From: Gemmatimonadales bacterium
GTDB taxonomy: Bacteria; Gemmatimonadota; Gemmatimonadetes; Palauibacterales; Palauibacteraceae
DNA length: 43,627 nt
Direction: 5' to 3'
NCBI GenBank assembly: GCA_030600085.1
Contig: JAUVMT010000001.1
Coordinates: forward strand, 1 to 43,627
Under the pieces are notes generated by a model that was given only the letters and a program-made list of their open reading frames with translations, did no database searches and was not told the DNA's origin. Shown here one piece after another: positions 9,762 through 17,216 of this stretch (position 1 is the first letter of the stretch; the number at the start of each line of letters is the position of its first letter). The position numbers and the translations under genes are program-made.

Positions 9762-10622
9762 CTAGCTCTCGGTTCGATTCGGCCTCACGATGCCGGGTAT
9801 GCCCGGCGGCCGATTCCATCCCTCGGCGTACCGCACGCCGGTAAGGTAGAGTCCGCACGCCGGAGCGGGTACCGGCGGCCGGGGCCCATCGATCGGCCGA
9901 TCGGGCGGCGTAGGCTCGCTCTCGCTTCCTACCTCGAGCAGCCGTCCGAGCTCTTCCGGGCCCCGGCGACCCGACGCCACCTCGATGATCGTGGCGACCA
10001 GGTATCGTACCATTCTGTGAAGGAACCGGTCCGCCACTACAGTGAAGTCCAGCAGCTCCGGCAGCGAGCGTTCCCAGACGGCGCTTTCCACCGTGCAGAG
10101 GGTGCCCCGCTTCGGCTGACCCGACTTGCTGAGCGCCGCGAAGGAGTGCTCGCCGAGGATCGAGCCGGAGATCTCGGTCAGCTTCTGTACGTCGAGCGGC
10201 CGCGGCGCACCGAGACCCCAGACCCTTCCTCTGAGGATCGGCGAGCTCCCCTCGGGGCGGTCGCTCGCGAGGTACTCGTATCGCCTTGCCACCGCGCTGT
10301 ACCGTGGGTGGAAATCCGGCTCTGTCCGGTCCAGCCGCTCGATCCACACATCATCGGGAAGCCGAGCGTTGAGACCGCGATGAAGATCGCCCGGACGCCA
10401 GGTGCTCGGTGCCTCGAAAGAGATCTCCTGGCCAACGGCGTGGACGCCGGAATCGGTACGCCCGGCGGCGAGGACGCGCCTCTCGGCCGACAGGAGGCCT
10501 GAGAGCGCGCTCTCCACCTCACGTTGGACGGTGCGTCCCTCGGGCTGGAGCTGCCAGCCGCGGAACGCCGTGCCATCGTAGTGGATTGTCGCGCGGAAAC
10601 GAGCCAGCGGAAGGTCCGGCAC
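9762..10622 (-). CDS. truA: tRNA pseudouridine(38-40) synthase
   Basis: YDGTAFRGWQLQP and AGRTDSGVHAVGQ (catalytic Asp). GTG start. Confidence 0.92.
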   Translation of the reverse strand: MPDLPLARFRATIHYDGTAFRGWQLQPEGRTVQREVESALSGLLSAERRVLAAGRTDSGVHAVGQEISFEAPSTWRPGDLHRGLNARLPDDVWIERLDRTEPDFHPRYSAVARRYEYLASDRPEGSSPILRGRVWGLGAPRPLDVQKLTEISGSILGEHSFAALSKSGQPKRGTLCTVESAVWERSLPELLDFTVVADRFLHRMVRYLVATIIEVASGRRGPEELGRLLEVGSESEPTPPDRPIDGPRPPVPAPACGLYLTGVRYAEGWNRPPGIPGIVRPNRTES

Positions 10623-10696
10623 GGCGGGAAGCTACGGCGGCACCCCGATGGAAGGAAGGCCCGACGCCGCGTGGGGAACGGTGCCGGGCCAGGGGA

Positions 10697-10716
10697 GCTC
10701 CGGGGTTGCCCGGAGC
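10697..10716 (-). terminator. Perfect 8-bp stem / 4-nt loop hairpin abutting the lexA stop codon (no U-tract)
   Basis: The minus-strand sequence is GCTCCGGG-CAAC-CCCGGAGC. Its first base is the last base of the lexA TAG. No T-run follows, so intrinsic-terminator function is uncertain. Confidence 0.25.
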
Positions 10717-11324
10717 TAGTACTTCCTGAGGACGCCCACGACGATTCCCTGGACGCGGACGCGGTCTTCCGGATAAAGCAGGGGAGAGACCTCGGAGTTG
10801 GCGGGTTGGAGCCGCACTCGTCCGTTCCCGTCACGGTAGTACTTCTTCATCGTCGCGTTCTCGCCGTCCACCAGCGCGATGACCATCTCGCCGTTGTGCG
10901 CCGTCTGCCTGGACTGCACCACGACGTAGTCTCCGTCCCTGATGTGCTCGTCGATCATCGAGTCGCCGCGGACCCGTAAGACGTAGTGTTCGCCCCGCGT
11001 GCCGACCATCTCCTCGGGCACGGCGAGCATCTCGCTCTCCTCGATCGCCTCGATCGGCTCGCCGGCAGCCACCCTCCCTAAAAGGGGCAGCTCAACGGCG
11101 GCGAGCCGGAACTCGGTCCGTGCGAGCTCGATGGACCGGCTCTCGTTGTAGCTCTTACGGATGTATCCCTTGGCTTCGAGGTTCGAGAGGTGCTCGTGAA
11201 CGGTCGCGAGCGAGCGGAAGCCGAACTCCTTGGCGATCTCTTCGAAGCTCGGCGAATAGCCGTGAGCGTCGAGGAAGCGCTCGATGAAGTCGAGGATCTC
11301 TCTCTGGCGTCTCGTGAGCGCCAC
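10716..11324 (-). CDS. lexA: LexA repressor (SOS regulator, S24 autopeptidase)
   Basis: N-terminal winged HTH (FEEIAKEFGFRSLATVHEHLSNLEAKGYI). Ala-Gly cleavage site (RVAAGEP), Ser in GDSMID and Lys in TMKKY. GTG start preceded by GGAGG. Confidence 0.95.
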   Translation of the reverse strand: MALTRRQREILDFIERFLDAHGYSPSFEEIAKEFGFRSLATVHEHLSNLEAKGYIRKSYNESRSIELARTEFRLAAVELPLLGRVAAGEPIEAIEESEMLAVPEEMVGTRGEHYVLRVRGDSMIDEHIRDGDYVVVQSRQTAHNGEMVIALVDGENATMKKYYRDGNGRVRLQPANSEVSPLLYPEDRVRVQGIVVGVLRKY

Positions 11325-11382
11325 CTGATGCGCCTCCGTGCGTGCCCGTTGAGGTTGTCGGTGAAAGGCCGGTTTGCCGATA

Positions 11383-11425
11383 CCGAACGTAAACCGAAAG
11401 CAAGCTACCCGAATAAGTACCGAAA
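11383..11425 (-). promoter_or_regulatory. Two copies of a 17-bp direct-repeat motif upstream of lexA (candidate LexA operators)
   Basis: Plus strand: ccgaacgtaaaccgaaa (11383-11399) and ccgaataagtaccgaaa (11409-11425). In gene orientation these read TTTCGGTTTACGTTCGG and TTTCGGTACTTATTCGG, i.e. TTTC-N7-(G/A)TTC. They lie in the lower-GC promoter-like part of the 162-bp lexA upstream region. Confidence 0.45.
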
Positions 11426-11486
11426 CGCAAGCGGGAGGTGGGAGGCGAGGGACGGACCGGAGGCTAATGCTCGATGGGCACGCCGC

Positions 11487-13271
11487 TCAGGCGCGCGGCC
11501 GCAGCCTTCTCGCGGCCTCCGGGTCCGGCTCCACGAACATCGTCTTCAACCGCTCCGCGACGACGGCTCCCGAGCCCGCTTTGCGGGGCTTACGCACGTA
11601 CTTCCGCCGGGTCCAGTCGACAGGCACCACGCCGCTGTGCCGAGCGTCGCTGTGGAGAGCGGCCAGCACGGCGGCGTCCGTCAGGTCGCGCTCCGACGGG
11701 TTCTGGTCGCGACGATTCCACCTCAGGATGACGTGAGCGCCGGGCGCCTGGCGGGCGTGCAGCCAGATGTCGTCCGGCGCCGAGTGATGGAAGGTGAGAG
11801 CGTCGTTGTCCTTCGAGCTACGGCCGACACGGATCTCGAGGCCGCCCGCGGACAGGAATCGATGGTAGGGGAGGCGCTCCGGCGTCACCGGAGAGCCGGG
11901 ACGCTCTTCCGGCAGCTCGGCGAGGTCTCGCAGAGTGCCGTCCGGCTCTCCGGTCTCGGCGAGGCGCTCCAGACCGGCCTCGACGCCCTCGATCTCCCGG
12001 CGGACATCCGCGATCAGGGCGGGGAGCCGGTCACGCGCCCGCCCCCGGCGAGCCGCGTTTCGGTAGTAGCGGTCCGCGTTCGCGGCGGCGTCGAGAGCTG
12101 GATCCAGCTCGATCTTCCTCGGTGATCCGTCGAAGTCCGTGAGCTCGATGCTCGCGGCGCCCTTCGGCACGTCCCTCAGGTGAGCGAGGAGCAGATGGCC
12201 CGTTTCACGGAGTCGCTCGGCCGCTCCGCCTTTTTCCATCTCCTTCCCCAGAGCGGCCAGCCGTCGGCGGAGACGCTTCCGCTTTCGACGCAGAGCCGAG
12301 GCCACGGCGCTCGCGCCCGCGAGAGCCGAGTCGTTCTCGGTGGCCGGAGCTTCGACGGCTTCGTCGGCTGCCGCGCGACCCATCCCGTCGAGGAGAGAAT
12401 CGATCCGAACCGCACCCTCCACTCCGAGAGGATGCACGTATGGTTGAAGGCCCCACGTCCGGCGGAGCAACCAGCGGCCGCGGCTCTCGAGGACCTCCCG
12501 GTAGCGCTCGTAAGCCGATGGGAAGGTCTCGTCAGGCTGAGCTTCGTCCGGCCGGGCGTCGTCGCTCGACTCGCCGATGATGTAGTCGAGGTTCAGCGCG
12601 CTCGTGAAGGCCACGTACCGCAGCGCCGAATCCCCGCTAGGCGTTCGGGCATCCGTGTGCGAGCCGGACGCTTCGACGAGCTCCAGCCATTCGGGGATCG
12701 GGAGCGACCCGTCGGTACCCTGGCGCCGGCCGACGGGCGGCCTATAGAGGTTACCGGTCGCGATCCCGCCGGGTCGGGCGCGGAGCATGTCACGGATGCG
12801 CCAGCCGGCTCCGGGCGCCTCCGGCTCGACCTCAACAGGCGACCGCTCGAGGAGCAGCGTGTTTCTGCGGTTGCGCGGAAGGTCGAGTACGATTCGGAAT
12901 CGATCCGAGGTGCCGTCCCCCAGCGTCACGTAGATGAGCCGCTCGTCGAGCGGACTCTCGACGCCCGAAACGCGAAGGCCGCGGAAGGTCCACCAGACCC
13001 AGTCGTCGGCCCGGAGCACGCCCTGCCGCAGTGCCTTCTTCCACTTCGCCCGATCGGAGAGGAGCGAGGAGAGCGGCGAGCGCTCCCCGGGGACGATCTG
13101 CCCGGCCCGAGGATGCAGGAAGAGCCACAGGACGCTCCCGTCCGCGAAGGCAAGCGCCGCTGTCCAGGCGCCGCCGTGCAGGCCCAGCGCCGCGAGCGGC
13201 TCGCCCGCGTACCTCGCCTCGAGCTCGCCGGCGAGAGCTGCGGCCAACAGGGGATCATACCGTACCGACAT
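11487..13271 (-). CDS. NFACT-family protein (RqcH / fibronectin-binding-protein-A-like, with C-terminal DUF814/NFACT-R domain)
   Basis: 594 aa. The C-terminal region RFLSAGGLEIRVGRSSKDNDALTFHHSAPDDIWLHARQAPGAHVIL matches the NFACT-R (DUF814) pattern. An NFACT-N-like N-terminus and a central coiled coil are also present. Confidence 0.8.
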   Translation of the reverse strand: MSVRYDPLLAAALAGELEARYAGEPLAALGLHGGAWTAALAFADGSVLWLFLHPRAGQIVPGERSPLSSLLSDRAKWKKALRQGVLRADDWVWWTFRGLRVSGVESPLDERLIYVTLGDGTSDRFRIVLDLPRNRRNTLLLERSPVEVEPEAPGAGWRIRDMLRARPGGIATGNLYRPPVGRRQGTDGSLPIPEWLELVEASGSHTDARTPSGDSALRYVAFTSALNLDYIIGESSDDARPDEAQPDETFPSAYERYREVLESRGRWLLRRTWGLQPYVHPLGVEGAVRIDSLLDGMGRAAADEAVEAPATENDSALAGASAVASALRRKRKRLRRRLAALGKEMEKGGAAERLRETGHLLLAHLRDVPKGAASIELTDFDGSPRKIELDPALDAAANADRYYRNAARRGRARDRLPALIADVRREIEGVEAGLERLAETGEPDGTLRDLAELPEERPGSPVTPERLPYHRFLSAGGLEIRVGRSSKDNDALTFHHSAPDDIWLHARQAPGAHVILRWNRRDQNPSERDLTDAAVLAALHSDARHSGVVPVDWTRRKYVRKPRKAGSGAVVAERLKTMFVEPDPEAARRLRPRA

Positions 13272-13288
13272 CTCTATCCGCGCCTACG

Positions 13289-13317
13289 TTGGAGCACGAT
13301 CACCGAATCCGTATATT
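13289..13317 (+). promoter_or_regulatory. Sigma70-like promoter for panBCD: TTGGAG-17 nt-TATATT
   Basis: -35 ttggag at 13289-13294, a 17-nt spacer, then -10 tatatt at 13312-13317, about 80 nt upstream of the panB start. The complementary strand carries TAGAAT (13315-13320) facing the NFACT gene. Confidence 0.45.
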
Positions 13318-13397
13318 CTACGCTGCATGGCGGGTTTCCACCCGGATAGCGCCGGCGCGCCGGTGCCCCGGCAACTCCAACCTCGCGGAGAACCCGG

Positions 13398-14264
13398 TTG
13401 AGCGACCCCAGCGGATCCAACGGCTCCAGCGGCTCCAGCGGCTCCAGCGACTCCAGGCGAAAGCGGGTCACCACCAGCGACTTGATCGCCATGAAGGGGC
13501 GGGGCGAGAAGATCGCCATGCTCACCTGCTACGACTACCTGTTCGCCGGGATCCTGACGGAGACGGCCGTCGACGCCGTACTCGTCGGCGATTCGCTCGG
13601 ACAAGTAGTGCTCGGTCACGACTCGACGCTCCCCGTGACCGTCGACGACATGATCCATCATGCCCGCGCGGTGCGTCGCGGCCTGCAGGGGCCGCTGCTG
13701 GTCGTGGACATGCCCTTCCTTAGCTATCAGGTGAGCGACGAGGATGCGCTCAGGAACGCCGGCAGGATGATGAGGGAGACCGGCGCGGAGGCGGTGAAGC
13801 TGGAGGGCGCCGCCGACGTCACGTTGGATCGGATCCGCCTCATGGTCGGCGCCGGAATCCCGGTGATGGGTCACCTCGGTCTCACGCCGCAATCCGTCCA
13901 CGAGCTCGGCGGCTACTCGGTTCGCGGGCGGGAGCGAGAGGAAGCCGATCGCCTCCGGCACGAGGCCCGCGCCCTCGAGGAGGCCGGTTGCTTCAGCATC
14001 GTCCTGGAGCTGATGCCCACGGAGCTCGCCGGAGAGATAAGCGGCTCGATCCGGATTCCGACCATAGGCATCGGCGCCGGTTCGGAGTGTGACGGCCAGG
14101 TTCTGGTCCTCCCGGACATGCTCGGCCTGAACCCGTCCTTCAACCCGACCTTTCTTCGCCGTTTCGCGGAGCTGGGGGAGGCCGCCCGTCGCGGCGTCGA
14201 CGAGTACGTGAGTGCGGTGAAGTCGAGCGAGTATCCCGCCGACTCCGAGAGCTACGAGGCGTGA
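13398..14264 (+). CDS. panB: 3-methyl-2-oxobutanoate hydroxymethyltransferase
   Basis: KIAMLTCYDY, LVGDSLGQVVLGHDSTLPVTVDDM, VKLEGA and GHLGLTPQS. TTG start with GGAG 7 nt upstream. The N-terminus carries a Gly-Ser-Ser repeat. Confidence 0.93.
   Translation: MSDPSGSNGSSGSSGSSDSRRKRVTTSDLIAMKGRGEKIAMLTCYDYLFAGILTETAVDAVLVGDSLGQVVLGHDSTLPVTVDDMIHHARAVRRGLQGPLLVVDMPFLSYQVSDEDALRNAGRMMRETGAEAVKLEGAADVTLDRIRLMVGAGIPVMGHLGLTPQSVHELGGYSVRGREREEADRLRHEARALEEAGCFSIVLELMPTELAGEISGSIRIPTIGIGAGSECDGQVLVLPDMLGLNPSFNPTFLRRFAELGEAARRGVDEYVSAVKSSEYPADSESYEA
13413..13457 (+). repeat. 9-bp in-frame tandem repeat (about 5 units, 3 perfect GGCTCCAGC) at the 5' end of panB
   Basis: ggatccaac ggctccagc ggctccagc ggctccagc gactccagg, encoding GSNGSSGSSGSSDSR. 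Confidence 0.9.
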
Positions 14265-15145
14265 GCGGCGCCCTGCAGACAGTCCACACCGTTTCCGAGA
14301 TGCGCCGCGTGCGCGAGGCGGCGACGGCCACGCGTCGAACGATCGGGTTCGTCCCCACGATGGGATATCTGCACGAGGGCCACCTGAGCCTTGTCGACGT
14401 GGCCAGGCGGCACGCCGATCTCGTGACGCTGTCCATCTACGTGAACCCTGCCCAATTCGCCGCCGGAGAGGACCTGGAGGCGTATCCGCGAGATCTGGAG
14501 CGGGATCTGGACCTGGCCGGCCGACGCGGCGTCGACGTCGCGTTCGTGCCGTCGGATGAGGACGTCTACCCGGAGCCGCAAACGATCTGGGTGCAGCCCC
14601 CGGAAGATGTGGGGCGCCGGTTGTGTGGGGAGCGCCGACCCGCGCATTTTCGAGGCGTCCTCACGGTCGTGGCGAAGCTTTTCGGCATGGTGCAGCCCGA
14701 TGTGGCCGTGTTCGGACGCAAGGACTACCAACAGGCGGTGTTGATACGGCGGATGGTACGGGAACTCGACCTGCACGTACGCATAGAATTGGCGCCGATC
14801 GTGCGGGAGGCCGGAGGACTGGCGATGAGCTCCCGCAATGCTTACCTGACGGCCAAGCAGCGGCCGGCGGCGCTCGGACTCTCCGGGGCGCTAAGGGCGG
14901 TCCGCGAGGCGTTCGAGCGGGGCGAGCGCTCCGCCGATGCGCTTCGGGAGCTGGCTCGGGGCCTCATGGAGGAGGCCGGGGTCCGAGTGGACTACGCCGA
15001 GGTCGTGGAGGCGAACGACCTGTCGCCGGTCGTCGAGGCCCAGCCGGCTTCGGTGTGCGCGGTGGCTGGATATGTGGGAACGACAAGACTGATCGACAAC
15101 GCGTTGTTGGCTGGCTCGTCCTCCCTGGATGACTCGGGGGCATAG
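14261..15145 (+). CDS. panC: Pantoate--beta-alanine ligase
   Basis: GFVPTMGYLHEGHLSLV and the remaining PanC pattern. The GTG start overlaps the panB stop (GTGA). Confidence 0.95.
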   Translation: MSGALQTVHTVSEMRRVREAATATRRTIGFVPTMGYLHEGHLSLVDVARRHADLVTLSIYVNPAQFAAGEDLEAYPRDLERDLDLAGRRGVDVAFVPSDEDVYPEPQTIWVQPPEDVGRRLCGERRPAHFRGVLTVVAKLFGMVQPDVAVFGRKDYQQAVLIRRMVRELDLHVRIELAPIVREAGGLAMSSRNAYLTAKQRPAALGLSGALRAVREAFERGERSADALRELARGLMEEAGVRVDYAEVVEANDLSPVVEAQPASVCAVAGYVGTTRLIDNALLAGSSSLDDSGA

Positions 15146-15520
15146 ATGCGTAGAACGCTGTTCAAGTCAAAGATCCACCGCGCCACCCTCACGGGCGCTC
15201 ACTTGGACTACGACGGGTCCATCAGCGTCGATCGAGACCTGATGGAGGCCGCGGAGCTGGTCCCGTACGAGAAGGTCCAGGTCCTGAACCTCTCCAACGG
15301 CAACCGTCTGGACACGTACGTGATCGAGGGGACGCGAGGCAGCGGAGAGATCCAGCTGAACGGTCCCGCGGCGCGATTGGGACACGCCGGCGACCAGGTC
15401 ATCATCGTCAGCTACGCGGAGTACGAGGAAGAGGAGGTGGCCTGTCATGCGCCGACCGTGGTGCACGTCGATGGGCACAACCGCCTCGTTCCGGATCTCC
15501 GCTCCGGCACGGCGGTCTGA
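15146..15520 (+). CDS. panD: Aspartate 1-decarboxylase (pyruvoyl-dependent)
   Basis: MRRTLFKSKIHRATLTGAHLDYDGSISVD includes the Gly-Ser self-processing site. The ATG immediately follows the panC stop. Confidence 0.95.
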   Translation: MRRTLFKSKIHRATLTGAHLDYDGSISVDRDLMEAAELVPYEKVQVLNLSNGNRLDTYVIEGTRGSGEIQLNGPAARLGHAGDQVIIVSYAEYEEEEVACHAPTVVHVDGHNRLVPDLRSGTAV

Positions 15521-16119
15521 GCCCACCGCATCCCCTCCTAGATCGAGCCGCCGGAGACGGGCGGCTTCCCGACTGGGCCCACTGCTCCCAGGCCCGCCTC
15601 GAGCACATCCGCCGGGTTCGCGATCTCCTCGCCTCCTGGGGAAACGCGCTGGACCTCGAGCCCGCTGCGATGAGTCGGTGGCTGGCCGCCGCCACACTTC
15701 ACGATGCCTTGCGGGACGCGGATCCGGCGGAGTTCGTGACCGATGTGGTCCACCCTCCGGGCGTCGGGGCCCGCTGGCCCCGGCATCTCCTCCACGGGCC
15801 CGCCTGCGCCCACCGGCTTCTGGAGGAGGGCGTGAGAGACGAGGCGCTTCTACGGGCGGTCGCGTACCATACGACCGGCCACCCAGACCTGGACGAGATG
15901 GGTGAGTACCTTTACCTGGCCGACTTTCTGGATCCGGGCCGTGACTTCATGCACGAGAAGCGGGGTTCGCTGAGAGGGCGACTTCCCGGGGAGCGATCGG
16001 CCGTGCTCCTGGAGGTCATCGGCCTTCGCATCGGCCACCTGCTCGAACGAAGAAGCACCATCCTCGAAGAGACGCTGCGTTTCTGGAATCGGGTCGCTGC
16101 GCAGACGGAGCGAACGTGA
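15517..16119 (+). CDS. HD-domain phosphohydrolase, YqeK-like (start uncertain; proposed CTG at 15517, first canonical start is ATG 15670)
   Basis: The track ORF 15670..16119 begins only 10 aa before the HD motif (AAATLHDALRD) and includes YHTTGHP and YLADFLDPGR. The same frame is open upstream and encodes ARLEHIRRVRDLLASWG, the expected first-His helix of this family. It has no ATG/GTG/TTG there. CTG 15517-15519 overlaps the panD TGA. Confidence 0.65.
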   Translation: MSPPHPLLDRAAGDGRLPDWAHCSQARLEHIRRVRDLLASWGNALDLEPAAMSRWLAAATLHDALRDADPAEFVTDVVHPPGVGARWPRHLLHGPACAHRLLEEGVRDEALLRAVAYHTTGHPDLDEMGEYLYLADFLDPGRDFMHEKRGSLRGRLPGERSAVLLEVIGLRIGHLLERRSTILEETLRFWNRVAAQTERT

Positions 16120-16667
16120 GTCAAAGGAAGTCGACGAGTCGAAAGAAACCTGTGAATCAGAGGAAATCGAAGTCGCATCGACGTCGCGGTCCACCAAAGG
16201 CGGCCTACGCGGCGGCGCTGCTGATGGTCATCGTGTTGCTCGCCTCGGCCTGGTGGGGATGGAGGCAGGCGCGTGAGACGCTCGATTCCCCCGAGGATCC
16301 GTTCGCCCGGCAAGTCGAGCTGCCTCCCGAACCGGATCCGATCGCGCGCGTGGAGGTGCTGAACGGTGCAGGTGAGCCGGGAGCGGCACAGCAGGCGGCT
16401 GAGATCCTGCGCGGCGCGGGCTTCGACGTCGTTTACTTCGGAAACGCGAGCGACTTCGACAACCCGCGGACACGTGTCATCGCCCGCGTCGGAAGCGGCG
16501 GGCGAGCGGATTCCGTGGCCGGCTGGCTGCGCGTAGACCGCCTCGAGAGCGACGTGGATCCGACGATGCACCTGGACGCCACGATCGTCCTGGGCGCCGA
16601 CTGGCGGCGCAGGTTTCGCCTCGTGGCCGATGCCACGACGGAGGCCGAGCTCGAGCTGCAGCGCTGA
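16116..16667 (+). CDS. LytR_C-domain protein with basic N-terminus and one TM helix
   Basis: AAYAAALLMVIVLLASAWWGW (TM), then VEVLNGAGEPGAAQQAAEILRGAGFDVVYFGNA, typical of the LytR C-terminal domain. The GTG overlaps the preceding stop (GTGA). Confidence 0.8.
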   Translation: MSQRKSTSRKKPVNQRKSKSHRRRGPPKAAYAAALLMVIVLLASAWWGWRQARETLDSPEDPFARQVELPPEPDPIARVEVLNGAGEPGAAQQAAEILRGAGFDVVYFGNASDFDNPRTRVIARVGSGGRADSVAGWLRVDRLESDVDPTMHLDATIVLGADWRRRFRLVADATTEAELELQR

Positions 16668-16733
16668 GGCGACGGGGTCGTCGGCCAGCCTGTGGATTGA
16701 CCTTTCGTTGAGCCGTGCGCCGAACCGTGGTCC

Positions 16734-17216
16734 ATGCAAGACGACAACAGGTGGGAGCGGTTTCGGTTCAACATCCTTCACCTTCCCTCTACCCGTACAC
16801 CTGTACATGTAGAGAGGCGAGCCCGAGAGGTCCACGCGGCGTGGCTGGAGCTAGGAGCCGAGCGAAAGGCGTTCGAGCGGGACAAGCGCATCTGGCTGGA
16901 CTCCGCTCCACGACGCCTGGATCCAGTGCGGCCGTTCTGCTTCGTGCTGGAGCGGATGAAGCGAAAGTGGCGTCAGGCAGATCGGAGAGCGGATAGATCC
17001 GGCTTCCCGGTGCAGCGCACGGTAGGCTCGGCCAAGGCCCGCGACGACTGGTTCCGGTTGCTGTCTGCGGTTCTCTGTGACGATGAGGTGATCCGGGTCC
17101 GGCACCGCTACCATGATGGGCCGGCGATCCTGATGAGCGAGTCCCGATTTCGCGCACTCGAGGCAGGCGCCGGCCTCTCTCCAGCAGAGCGCTGGTCTCG
17201 GTCCCCGGGGTGCTAG
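16734..17216 (+). CDS. Hypothetical protein (160 aa, no family recognised)
   Basis: This is the only ORF with protein-like composition (Lys/Glu/Phe/Trp present, not Arg/Pro/Gly dominated) in the 545-bp space between the LytR_C gene and rlmN. Third codon positions are mostly G/C. No motif was recognised. Confidence 0.4.
   Translation: MQDDNRWERFRFNILHLPSTRTPVHVERRAREVHAAWLELGAERKAFERDKRIWLDSAPRRLDPVRPFCFVLERMKRKWRQADRRADRSGFPVQRTVGSAKARDDWFRLLSAVLCDDEVIRVRHRYHDGPAILMSESRFRALEAGAGLSPAERWSRSPGC

Noticed and set aside
9768-9790. tRNA-like T-loop sequence GGTTCGATTC
   Set aside because: The flanking bases cannot form a T-stem (CTCGG versus CGGCC) or an acceptor stem. It lies inside the truA coding region.
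11431-11463. G-rich tract GGGAGGTGGGAGGCGAGGGACGGACCGGAGG as a G-quadruplex
   Set aside because: It has only three clean GGG runs plus GG, in a genome where such runs are expected by composition. There is no supporting context.
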